Source: Candidatus Caldarchaeales archaeon
GTDB taxonomy: Archaea; Thermoproteota; Nitrososphaeria_A; Caldarchaeales; Calditenuaceae
Direction of reading: 5' to 3'
Assembly: GCA_039630085.1 (NCBI GenBank)
Contig: JBCNVM010000003.1
Location: forward strand, 32,001-96,000
DNA length: 64,000 bases
This document shows positions 48,201 through 56,334 of this stretch, piece by piece; position 1 is the stretch's first letter; each line of letters begins with the position of its first letter. Position numbers and translations under genes: made by a program. The notes beneath the pieces were generated by a model, which was given only the letters and a program-made list of their open reading frames with translations, did not search any database and had not been told where the DNA came from.

Positions 48201-49648
48201 AGTCGCTGCTCGAGGGGATCAAAGGGTTCCTGACCGGTATTAAGGACGCGATTACCGGATTCCTCGACAACATCGTCAACCAGATAAAGAGCGTCGTGAA
48301 CATGATCAAGCAGCTTATCACCTCCCTCGTGAACCAGCTCGTCTCCGCAATCAACAACCTGATCTCCTCCGTCGTCGGAGCGATCCTAGGACCAATACTA
48401 AGCATGGTCGACAGTCTCTTCCAAGGGTTTGGAATTTTCGGCAAGCTGCTCGCGGGGGTAATCAAGGACATGATAACCAACTTCGTCAACGAGCTGATCA
48501 ACGATTTCATTCAGGAGATCCTTGACGGTCTACTGAAGCCGATCAACGAGCTGATCAGCGGACTCGATCAGCTGGTCAACAAGATCATCGAACCCATTAA
48601 CAAGATCAAAGAGGCGTTGACCCGCTGGCATGACCAGATAGTCTCGACCATCGAAGGGTGGCTGAACAACATCCTCAACCCGCTGAGCAACGTCCTCTCG
48701 GCCGCGAAGGCGGACCTCGCCAACGGTCAGATCAGCAGCTTGGTGACCGCTGCGCTCAGGGAGTTCGTGAGCGGCATGACGCGTCCCGTAAGGGGCGCGG
48801 TCGAGGAGGCCGTCAGGAAGCTCAACGAGGCGGAGAGGAAGATACTCGGTTCGCTCATAAGGATCAGGGACTCCATGATCTACGCGAACAACATGCTGAG
48901 GATACCCATCATCGGTAGGGGAGGGGTGCTGCAGGCGACCATCCTGGGTCTCGGTGAGAGCGCTGCCTCTGATGACTACGGACGCCTCGGCACCATAGCG
49001 GTCGACACCAGACCCCTGAAGCTGAAGCCCGGGTGGTACGACCAGTACGAGTTGGTCCTTCACGCCGCCGGGGACCCCTCGGCGCCGATTCCGGCCGACT
49101 TCACCTTGCTCTTCGGACCCCTAGAGGAGGTCAGGGAGCTCTTCGACGCACCCCCGCCGAGCGTCGTTCCCGTCAAGGTAAACGAGATCGGCCCCGCGCT
49201 CAGGGATTGGAGCGTCGACGTCGTGATACTGGGCGACCCGAAGAGGCCGGTAGTTCCTGGAGCATCGGCGACCGCGAGGCTCTTCGTTACGAAGTCCGAC
49301 GGCACCGTTGAGGTGAAGGGGCTAGGCGACCTCACCGGAACCCTCGTCGCACCGTTCTTCCCGTGGCCGATAGAGCAGGGAGAGCTGATCGCACCGTTCT
49401 TCCCGTTCCCGATCGAGCGGGACGCACTCGTGGCGCCCTTCTTCCCGTGGCCGATAGAGCAGGGAGAGCTGATGGCTCCGTTCTTCCCGTTCCCGATCGA
49501 ATACTCAGTCGGAGTCCTGGAGTCGCCCTACAGCGACCCGTCTGCCAGAGCCGTCCCGAGGATCCTGGTGCCCGCCGACACCATGAACGGACCGGTCCTG
49601 ATCTCGCCGTTCTTCCCGTGGCCGATAGAGCAGACAGCTAGGGGGTGA
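45224..49648 (+). CDS. 1474-aa multi-domain membrane/surface protein
   Basis: Sec signal, Pro/Glu linker, several TMs, long amphipathic repeat region and C-terminal APFFP[W/F]PIE repeats. Confidence 0.8.
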   Translation: MKTSRLPLALALLALLAVPAVAENSPLPPGESEDLAVAVAPSGHLMVSYIVAYPIGSLNAVAEALRPTSDGSAVLFISAKKLANNGTAFLEVAGVADEARVGGVARTFASVTGLRFEGTGQTGQFVASATWRDLMRVVEALRPATDGGFSPHLKKELLERFDEATVVISVSRMGWGVTTSLEVRLLKKLQVQSDAREHSVDVLRELGVSELRPARGALLNVILMPPFGTQRFNYEVTPRSVSLRPVAEGIDAYFAMLNGSSVITSLRFGFAYEFGSGALRDLPTDFLKFVERIERAAALVNRTSPPPPASPASPGQEPRPSDEGAEESPEPETPDTGIVDRSPAGGPTEALRRMLPPVEGAGRTVQIDPLHLMVIVVSATGFLAFASLYVRGRGLSRKGAASLVVLLLITLSLALPVLAISAVRAERASGGLESILEVEQFHPSGAPSDLEIPLLFPGFKKIDKVSKTFISFEDINVVATPGLRSPYVPQGYEKLLATLGIDLRLIQVAGLILGGGLNPLGMFKGMTVAHGSTSVFLVNEEVGANVFIAFKARPSSTLKSMLNVINSVYRVGYALYHSTVCFPGDGCLHPIGWSMMVASTLAAVALALIAPGFAVYALASYPVVVNDELYATLSFKDGEWAKDKERLWLAEERYMVSLAILIMILRAPTLSGWKSSENLADIPLTASFHVSSDADSGWKLTELLGVYSGDRGLKVSVDFKDALGIFELLESLFGLFQGAWSSLVSHVAGSLSEQESVLRQIASELRSLKVGNELLVGAASKLDRAVTLLADARLKLGARNCAGALQNVEGARTSIRSAIQDLQPLASDSGIGAVIQHYIRELERVEASLAEYTEQINGLCAPYNFSAEPPTDPETIPDERKLTLSFIVLSATPMVTEAVHYKSSSTISLRAYWGWNPLPGIAYGLEKTVREIFRFAKTVAYNELDRLDGAVNSIAGEVAGTLSRPLDALVGGLVGGPLGDLAGALNQVFGPIKSLLEGIKGFLTGIKDAITGFLDNIVNQIKSVVNMIKQLITSLVNQLVSAINNLISSVVGAILGPILSMVDSLFQGFGIFGKLLAGVIKDMITNFVNELINDFIQEILDGLLKPINELISGLDQLVNKIIEPINKIKEALTRWHDQIVSTIEGWLNNILNPLSNVLSAAKADLANGQISSLVTAALREFVSGMTRPVRGAVEEAVRKLNEAERKILGSLIRIRDSMIYANNMLRIPIIGRGGVLQATILGLGESAASDDYGRLGTIAVDTRPLKLKPGWYDQYELVLHAAGDPSAPIPADFTLLFGPLEEVRELFDAPPPSVVPVKVNEIGPALRDWSVDVVILGDPKRPVVPGASATARLFVTKSDGTVEVKGLGDLTGTLVAPFFPWPIEQGELIAPFFPFPIERDALVAPFFPWPIEQGELMAPFFPFPIEYSVGVLESPYSDPSARAVPRILVPADTMNGPVLISPFFPWPIEQTARG
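49343..49633 (+). repeat. 42-bp (14-aa) tandem repeat x4 plus a fifth terminal copy
   Basis: LVAPFFPWPIEQGE / LIAPFFPFPIERDA / LVAPFFPWPIEQGE / LMAPFFPFPIEYSV ... LISPFFPWPIEQ. Confidence 0.9.
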
Positions 49649-49652
49649 GGAC

Positions 49653-50456
49653 GTGAGGTCGAGGGCAGGGCTCAGCACCGCGGTTCAAACGGCCGCGCTC
49701 ATCGCGATCACCGCCGGCCTCGCCGTTGCGGTCGTGGCGCTCTGGAGGCCGTGGGAGGCCTCAGGGCAGGCCCAGTCGGCCGCGATCGGGGTCGGCGTCC
49801 AGCAGATCCACGACCTCCTGCTCAGGAGAGAGGGAGCTACCGTGCTGTCCCATTCAGTAATCGTGCGTCCGTTCGCGGAGGCACACGTGATAAAGGTTGA
49901 GTGGAAAGGGAGGAGCGTGGTGATACCCGCGGTGGTCAGCGCGATCGAGTACGTGGGGCCGAAGCAGAGGATCCCCGGGATATACTACCTCGAGCGCGGG
50001 GAGGTGGATGTCTTGGGCGACTACATAGCGAGCAGAAAGCTGAACTACACGACCACGGGACTTGACGTGGTGACCTACGCGGTCTACGACGACAGGGAGG
50101 TCAGGATCGTCACCAAGGCGCTCCCCTATGTGTCGTACTCCGTCGACAGGGTGTACAACGACGTCGTGGTGACCGTCATGGTGCGGGTGGTCCTCGTGAC
50201 CCCGCACTACGCCGACCCCGGGGCTTACGAGAGGGTGCTGAAGGACGGGTACGTCGTCCCCCCAGGGGACACGCTGACCTTCAGGCTCAACGCCACCCGG
50301 AGGACGTACTACCAGCTCCCCGAGTCGATCGACGGAGGGTCGCTCAGGGTGTTCGTCGACGGCGTGGAAATCCCCCAGCTCGCTTTCTCCACGAGCGAGA
50401 GGGCGATCTTCAGGGTCTTCGTCGACTACGTGACCGTTATGGTTTGGGCGAGGTGA
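49653..50456 (+). CDS. Type IV pilin-like protein
   Basis: MRSRAG/LSTAVQTAALIAITAG class III signal, the same RSRAG/LS as the pilin at 30985. Confidence 0.8.
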   Translation: MRSRAGLSTAVQTAALIAITAGLAVAVVALWRPWEASGQAQSAAIGVGVQQIHDLLLRREGATVLSHSVIVRPFAEAHVIKVEWKGRSVVIPAVVSAIEYVGPKQRIPGIYYLERGEVDVLGDYIASRKLNYTTTGLDVVTYAVYDDREVRIVTKALPYVSYSVDRVYNDVVVTVMVRVVLVTPHYADPGAYERVLKDGYVVPPGDTLTFRLNATRRTYYQLPESIDGGSLRVFVDGVEIPQLAFSTSERAIFRVFVDYVTVMVWAR

Positions 50457-50461
50457 CCTAA

Positions 50462-50935
50462 GTGACCACCTCGTACACCTACATAGTGACGATCGGTGTT
50501 ATAATGCTGGTGACTTTCTCGACCGCGGCCGTCTTCCTCCAGCAGGTGAGTTCGATAGACCACGCGGCTAAGAGGTCCGCCCTCTCGGTCGCCGCGTCCC
50601 AAGTGCTCTCCGGGATCTGGAGCGCGGTCGAAGAGGTCAGGCTGACCCAGACGGGAAGGGAGTTCAAGTCCGTCTCAGTCGGTTTCCCCTTCAGGGCCGA
50701 GATAGGATTCAGTCCAAAGACCGGAGGGTTGGCGCTATGCGTGACGGGGATGGGAATAACCTACGAGAGGCCCTTGCCGGTCATACAGGGAGTTCAGTAC
50801 GTCCCCTCGGCCTCCGGAGGCGACAGGGTCGGCGTGCTGGTCGAGATGTCGGAAGGGAGGGCCTCGGTGAGGCTGGTCAACGTCAGGAACGACGGAAACC
50901 TGATTTCCGACAGCCCCGGTCTGTGCCTGAGATGA
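50462..50935 (+). CDS. Minor pilin-like protein
   Basis: N-terminal TM followed by an amphipathic helix; Cys pair. Confidence 0.55.
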   Translation: MTTSYTYIVTIGVIMLVTFSTAAVFLQQVSSIDHAAKRSALSVAASQVLSGIWSAVEEVRLTQTGREFKSVSVGFPFRAEIGFSPKTGGLALCVTGMGITYERPLPVIQGVQYVPSASGGDRVGVLVEMSEGRASVRLVNVRNDGNLISDSPGLCLR

Positions 50936-52404
50936 GCGTCAAGGGCCTCGCGCTGGTCGCGCTCCTGACGGCCGCTCTTCTTATTCCGTCGGCCGGAGCC
51001 ACGGAGACGGCGGCCCGCGAGGCCCCGATCGTCATCAGGGCAAAGTTGGAGGTGGACGCATCCTGCTCCGGAGTGATGACGTACCTGGTGGACGCGGGGG
51101 AGGCTAGGAGGGTCGGGCTCGGAAGGCTCTGGCTCCTGCTCCCCAGGGAACCCCTGAGGTGGAGCGCGCAGCCGCAAGTGATCCATGAGGTCTTAGATCT
51201 CCCGGCAGAGTCAGAGGGCAGCAGGGTCTACAGCAACGTGACCTTCGACCTCAGCTCGGTCGAGGCTCTGACGGTCTCCTTCAGGATGGACCACGCGTGC
51301 CTCGTGAACGGTGACAGGGGCCTCCTCCTGACGCCGCTGGTCTCCTACGGCCCGCCTGTGAGGGGCGTGCTCGAGATCACCTTGGAGGGCCTCGTGGAGA
51401 GGTTGAGGTCCGTCGAGCCCTGGACGCCTCACGCGGAGGTCCACAACCGGTCGCTCTCCGTTCGCCACGCGCTCCCCCTCGCCGTCAAAAGGGTCGCGAT
51501 CGACTTCAGGCCCGTTGAGGAGCCCCTCGAGCTCATCGCCTCGAGGGGGTTCAGCGTCAGGACCCACCAGCGTTACGCGGCAGTCGCAGAGGCAATCATC
51601 GACGCCCTAGCGAACGCCAGCGAGTACCTGCGCTCTGTCTTCGGTGGCGAAGTCCCTGAGGTAAGGGTGGAGTTCTTCCTGCCCCGCGACTACCGGTCCG
51701 GCCCCGAGGGCTTCGCGCCCGTGCCGTCGGGGAGCTCGAGGGTGATCGGGCTGAACCTGATCCTCCTCAGGAGGCCTCGGGGGTTCTTGGAGGTGATCGC
51801 GATCCACGAGCTGGTCCACCACTACCTCTTCGAGGTCGGAGTTGATGCAGGCGCGACTTGGTTCCACGAGGGCCTCGCGGTCTATCTCTCCCTAGAGCTC
51901 GGGGAGCGGTTGGGGCTGGAGGGCTCACAGACACTGAGGGAACTGATGAGGGAGGAGGCGTCCCGCTCACGTCAGCTCAGGCTGATCGAGTGGAGACCAG
52001 GCGAGTCCAGGGACAGCGGCTGGTACGCGGCCGCCTTCGCTCTGATCGAGCAACTCTTCAGGCTGGACCCCGAAGGCATGTCGAGAGCCCTCCTCAACCT
52101 TAAGCACAGGATGGGAGGCATATCGTCCGGAGAGGCAGCGGCCGAGCACCTCGCGACACACCTCAACGGAGAGGCGCTGGAGCTGCTCAAGGAGGCCGGA
52201 CTCCTGTCGACCGTGAGGAAGTACACGGAGATCAGCACAGCGTCATCGACCATGACGACGATCGAGACGCGCAGGGCCACCACGGCCTCCGAGCCCTGGA
52301 GCCGAGAGGGGGCTATGGTGATCGACGAGCTGCTTCTTCTGATCGTGTTGACGGCCGCCGCGTTTGCGGTGTTGCTCCTCGCGATAAGGGACGCAAAGTC
52401 CTGA
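50932..52404 (+). CDS. Surface-anchored gluzincin (M1/MA-like) zinc peptidase
   Basis: Signal peptide, IHELVHH...WFHEGLA, Ser/Thr linker and C-terminal TM. Confidence 0.8.
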   Translation: MSVKGLALVALLTAALLIPSAGATETAAREAPIVIRAKLEVDASCSGVMTYLVDAGEARRVGLGRLWLLLPREPLRWSAQPQVIHEVLDLPAESEGSRVYSNVTFDLSSVEALTVSFRMDHACLVNGDRGLLLTPLVSYGPPVRGVLEITLEGLVERLRSVEPWTPHAEVHNRSLSVRHALPLAVKRVAIDFRPVEEPLELIASRGFSVRTHQRYAAVAEAIIDALANASEYLRSVFGGEVPEVRVEFFLPRDYRSGPEGFAPVPSGSSRVIGLNLILLRRPRGFLEVIAIHELVHHYLFEVGVDAGATWFHEGLAVYLSLELGERLGLEGSQTLRELMREEASRSRQLRLIEWRPGESRDSGWYAAAFALIEQLFRLDPEGMSRALLNLKHRMGGISSGEAAAEHLATHLNGEALELLKEAGLLSTVRKYTEISTASSTMTTIETRRATTASEPWSREGAMVIDELLLLIVLTAAAFAVLLLAIRDAKS

Positions 52405-52429
52405 GTCGACCTGTTCTGAGAAAGGAGGT

Positions 52430-53254
52430 TCAGCCCGATGGGCTCTCTACCTGATACCCGAACTCGAGCAACCTGTTCACGTACTCGTTCTTGAGCCTGT
52501 TGTAGACCTGCTCGCTGATCTTCCCGGCCCTGTAGTTCTCCTCGAGGGTCCTAAGGAAGTTCAGGTACTTGACAACCTCCGCCGGAAGCTGCTGGGGCTG
52601 CTCGACCGGGGTCTCACCCCCGGTCACGATCGTCGGCCTTACCTCAGCGGCGATCTCGCGCCGCTCCGTGGGCTCAGGGGCCTCCGCCACCCTCCGGACT
52701 GCTTCCTCCGTGACGCGCTGAACGCCTATCTCCCACGACGACCGGATGCGGGACACGAGGACGTTAAGCCCCATCTTCGGCTTAGTGAGCAGCAGGTAGA
52801 CGACGTAGAGCGAGATGGCCCCACTCCACGCCAGCAGACCTAAAAGGACCGCAGTCGCGGAGGCCAGGGCGATCAGCCCGAACGGGTGCGGGACGACGCC
52901 GTAGACAACTGAGGGCACGGCGATGATAACGGCAAACTTGACCAGGTTTTCCCTCCTGATCGGTATGTTCACGAGCCCCCTCGTGGCCAGGAAGAGGGCG
53001 ACCGCTAAGACGATTACCATCCCTGCGACTCCGGACGTCAGCTGGGCGACAGCGACGAGGAAGAGCGAGAAGACCAGATAGATGATCAGGACGTCCACTC
53101 CCTTCACCATCGAGACGAAGGCCGCCAGGACCCCGATGATGATCAGCGTGAGCACTAGGCTTGAGACGCCGCCGGTGGCATAGGCGGTCGAAGTCAGCAG
53201 GGTGACGAACGTCGCAACGAATATGTCCCGACTCAGGATTTGCTTGAGGTTCAA
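52430..53254 (-). CDS. Multi-TM protein with C-terminal SHOCT/CdvA-like motif
   Basis: About 6 TMs, then LEENYRAGKISEQVYNRLKNEY. Confidence 0.7.
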   Translation of the reverse strand: MNLKQILSRDIFVATFVTLLTSTAYATGGVSSLVLTLIIIGVLAAFVSMVKGVDVLIIYLVFSLFLVAVAQLTSGVAGMVIVLAVALFLATRGLVNIPIRRENLVKFAVIIAVPSVVYGVVPHPFGLIALASATAVLLGLLAWSGAISLYVVYLLLTKPKMGLNVLVSRIRSSWEIGVQRVTEEAVRRVAEAPEPTERREIAAEVRPTIVTGGETPVEQPQQLPAEVVKYLNFLRTLEENYRAGKISEQVYNRLKNEYVNRLLEFGYQVESPSG

Positions 53255-53361
53255 AGGTACTCACGAGACATGCGTGGGGGGCCGTAATTAACGTTTTGAA
53301 GTGACCAGCGGATCGGCGACGCGCTAGTAGGCTTATAATTTCGGAGTGATGTAAATCGGTC

Positions 53362-55605
53362 ATGAGGGCGAAGACGTTCTCTCTGATCCTCCTGATCGCT
53401 ATGATGGTCTCCACCTTCGCGGCCGTTGGGACACCAGCGAGGGCGGAGCAGTCGGAGGCGCCGATAGACCTGCCGATCAGGGCGCCGCTCGAAGTCAACG
53501 TGATAATCGCGGGGTTCTCGAGCCGAGACCTCGGGCTGACGCCCGCACAGCTCCAGAGGGTGCTCTCGCAGCTGGTCAGGAGCGAGGCCATCGCTTACGC
53601 CGGTTTCTTCATGGAGGACCCCTACGTGGTCGCGCTCTTCGACGTGGAGCTGGTAGTGATCGAGGCCGATGCTAGGCTGAACGCGGAGATACGGTCACTG
53701 TACGGACGATTTTCCTACGACCCCGCCGCGCTGTCGATCGACTTGAGAAACGGCTACGTCAGGTATGTGTCGTTCGTCAGGGATGAGTATGGAACTTCTT
53801 TCGCGATCCAGCTGAACGACAGAATGACCGACATCGCGTCGCTCACGCTCGGGTTGGTCTCGCTCACGCATAGATTCCTCCCGCAGATCGCCGATGGATA
53901 CAACGTCTACCTCGTATGCGGACTGCCCTTCACCGGCAACAAGTTTCCCGTTTACTTCGCTTCTGGGCAGACGATCGAGCGCGGAAACGGTATAGGGGTG
54001 GTAGGGATGAACCTCTACGGTGGAATAGGGACGTACAGGTACGTCGTGCTCGACATCTGCGCGATCCCGAACCCATACGGTAACTACGCACCGAGGACGG
54101 AGGAGGACATCGTGAAGTATCTGCCCCCTGCGTTCTACGTGGACCCGCGGGACCAGATCGAGGCGATCGCCATGTACGTTGACGAGATAATAGATAACCT
54201 GTTTGTCAAGAGCCTCCTCTACGTCCCGAGGTATCAGGTGACTTTCCTCTTCGACGTGATAGTTATAGACTTTACAACGACCGGGGGAGGGCTGCCGTTC
54301 ATAGCAGCTAACTTCGTGCCGGAGATATTCGAGTCCTCGATGAGGTGGCTTATGCCGTACAACTTCTACACGAGCAGATTTCACTACAAGACTATAGCGG
54401 AGGTAGCGGCTATGCGACAGGCCATTTCCGTCCAGAGGGGCGTTCAGATAATCGACGTCGAGAGGGCATTCGCGATCGCCGAGAGGACGGGGCTGATCCC
54501 CCCAGCACCACCGGGAGTAACGAGGGTCCCGGTGCTGATCTTCCTCTCCGACGCCGACGTGTACCCGAGCTCGCCGGGAACAATAGGGATAGCTTGGCCC
54601 GACTCTAGCGACCCGAGATATCCCAAGGGAGCGGTCGTGGGGCTGTCATACAGGTTCGTTGAGAGGGAGGGACTGACCCTGGTCACGATCCACGAGGCCG
54701 CTCACACCCTCGGATTGGCCCACCCACACAACGACCTCGACGAGACGAGACAAGAGGTCATTCGGCCGGGCAGGTCGAGGCCGCAGATCACGAGCAGATG
54801 GGTCTTTAGCTGGATAGAGACCGCGATGGCCTACGCCGACCACCCCCAAGTCGTAAACCAGAGGCTGATCTATCTGGGAGCCTATCCGCTGAGGACCTAC
54901 TTCAGCGCCTTCGACCTCGACGCGATCGACAGGGCGGTCGTAACGCTACTGCTCGGGTATTACCTGAACTACAGGGAGGAGATCGGGAAGAAGCTGAATG
55001 AATCAGGCCTCAAACTGAGCGACATACCCGAGGCTGAGAAGCTCCTCAGGGAAGCCGACGAGGCGGCCGTCAACGCGGTTAGACTCTTCAGGGATCACTA
55101 CTACTTCGACAGGTTCGAGTTCGCGGGGCTCGGGGCTCAGCTCGAGACGGCTTTCGACTACGCGTGGAAGGCATTCACCGACATCATAGAGCTCTACGAC
55201 AAGGTCGAGGGCGCGAGGCTCGCGATCGAGTCGGTGAGGCCGCTGATCAAAGAGCTCGAGAGCGAAGTCAGCAACCTGAAGTCGACGGTTGAGAGTCTGA
55301 GGGGACGACTCGACGAAGCGACCTCCCGCGCCGAGCAGCTGCAGAGGTCCCTGAACAGGGAGACGCAGGAGAGGCAGAGAGTTCAACAGGAGCTGGAGCT
55401 GACCAGGGGCGAGCTCTCTAGGGTTAAGACGGAGCTGGAGCTGACCAAGAACAGCCTCTCCGCCGCAAGGGCCGAGGCTAACACCTATCTCTTGCTCGCG
55501 GCGGCGGGAATAGCGGCGGCAGTCGGATCGGCTGCGTTCGCATTAATGAGCAGGCGCGGATCAAGACCGCGCGTCCTCTCCTCGTCCGCGCCAGGGCCGT
55601 CATGA
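53362..55605 (+). CDS. Surface-anchored metzincin zinc protease with coiled-coil stalk
   Basis: Signal peptide, HEAAHTLGLAH, Met-turn-like ETAMAY, coiled coil and C-terminal TM. Confidence 0.8.
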   Translation: MRAKTFSLILLIAMMVSTFAAVGTPARAEQSEAPIDLPIRAPLEVNVIIAGFSSRDLGLTPAQLQRVLSQLVRSEAIAYAGFFMEDPYVVALFDVELVVIEADARLNAEIRSLYGRFSYDPAALSIDLRNGYVRYVSFVRDEYGTSFAIQLNDRMTDIASLTLGLVSLTHRFLPQIADGYNVYLVCGLPFTGNKFPVYFASGQTIERGNGIGVVGMNLYGGIGTYRYVVLDICAIPNPYGNYAPRTEEDIVKYLPPAFYVDPRDQIEAIAMYVDEIIDNLFVKSLLYVPRYQVTFLFDVIVIDFTTTGGGLPFIAANFVPEIFESSMRWLMPYNFYTSRFHYKTIAEVAAMRQAISVQRGVQIIDVERAFAIAERTGLIPPAPPGVTRVPVLIFLSDADVYPSSPGTIGIAWPDSSDPRYPKGAVVGLSYRFVEREGLTLVTIHEAAHTLGLAHPHNDLDETRQEVIRPGRSRPQITSRWVFSWIETAMAYADHPQVVNQRLIYLGAYPLRTYFSAFDLDAIDRAVVTLLLGYYLNYREEIGKKLNESGLKLSDIPEAEKLLREADEAAVNAVRLFRDHYYFDRFEFAGLGAQLETAFDYAWKAFTDIIELYDKVEGARLAIESVRPLIKELESEVSNLKSTVESLRGRLDEATSRAEQLQRSLNRETQERQRVQQELELTRGELSRVKTELELTKNSLSAARAEANTYLLLAAAGIAAAVGSAAFALMSRRGSRPRVLSSSAPGPS

Positions 55606-55629
55606 GACGATGGTACCACGCGGCACTCC

Positions 55630-56334
55630 ATGAGTAACAGTATGGGCCCCGACGAGCTCGTCGCGAGGATAGTAGCCTGCAGGAGGTGTCCCAGACTGGT
55701 CGCCTATCGGGAGGAGATCGCCGGGAACCCTCCAAAGCGGTTCAGGGGCCAGACCTACTGGGCGAGACCCCTTCCGGGGTTTGGAGACCTGACCGCGAGA
55801 ATTCTGGTGGTCGGACTAGCACCTGCGGCCCACGGCGGCAACCGCACCGGCAGGATGTTCACCGGAGACTCCTCCGCGAGCTTTCTCATGTCGGTGCTTC
55901 ATGAGCTCGGACTCGCCAACAAGCCAACCTCGGAGTCTGCGGACGACGGTCTGAAGCTTTGGGGGGTCTTCCTCACGGCGCCGGTGCGATGCGCGCCACC
56001 GGAGAACAGGCCGACACGGGAGGAGATGGAGAACTGCTACCCGTTCCTGCTCGAGGAGGTGAGGCTGCTGAACCGGATGAGGGTCGTCGTGGCCCTGGGC
56101 GCGATAGGGTTCGGCGCTGCCGCGAGGCTTCTGAGGGATTTAGGCTACCGGTCGGACGTCAAGCCGAAGTTCGGGCACGGAGCGACCTATGCCTTCGTGT
56201 CCGACGACGGGCGCGAGGTCTTCCTCCTCGGGTCCTATCACCCATCGAGGCAGAACACGCAGACCGGAAGGCTGACGAGGGAGATGCTCTTGACGGTCTT
56301 CAGGAGGGCGAAGGAGCTCGCGGGTTACTCGTAG
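55630..56334 (+). CDS. udgB: Uracil-DNA glycosylase family 5
   Basis: CRRCPRL, GLAPAAHGGNRTGRMFTGD and HPSRQNTQTG motifs. Confidence 0.93.
   Translation: MSNSMGPDELVARIVACRRCPRLVAYREEIAGNPPKRFRGQTYWARPLPGFGDLTARILVVGLAPAAHGGNRTGRMFTGDSSASFLMSVLHELGLANKPTSESADDGLKLWGVFLTAPVRCAPPENRPTREEMENCYPFLLEEVRLLNRMRVVVALGAIGFGAAARLLRDLGYRSDVKPKFGHGATYAFVSDDGREVFLLGSYHPSRQNTQTGRLTREMLLTVFRRAKELAGYS

Noticed and set aside
49343-49510. Repeats as a CRISPR array or DGR template
   Set aside because: Contiguous in-frame coding repeats with no unique spacers; no cas or reverse transcriptase genes in the window.
45224-49648. Provirus suggested by the tape-measure-like region
   Set aside because: No integrase, capsid, terminase, portal or att repeats recognised; the context is a pilus operon.
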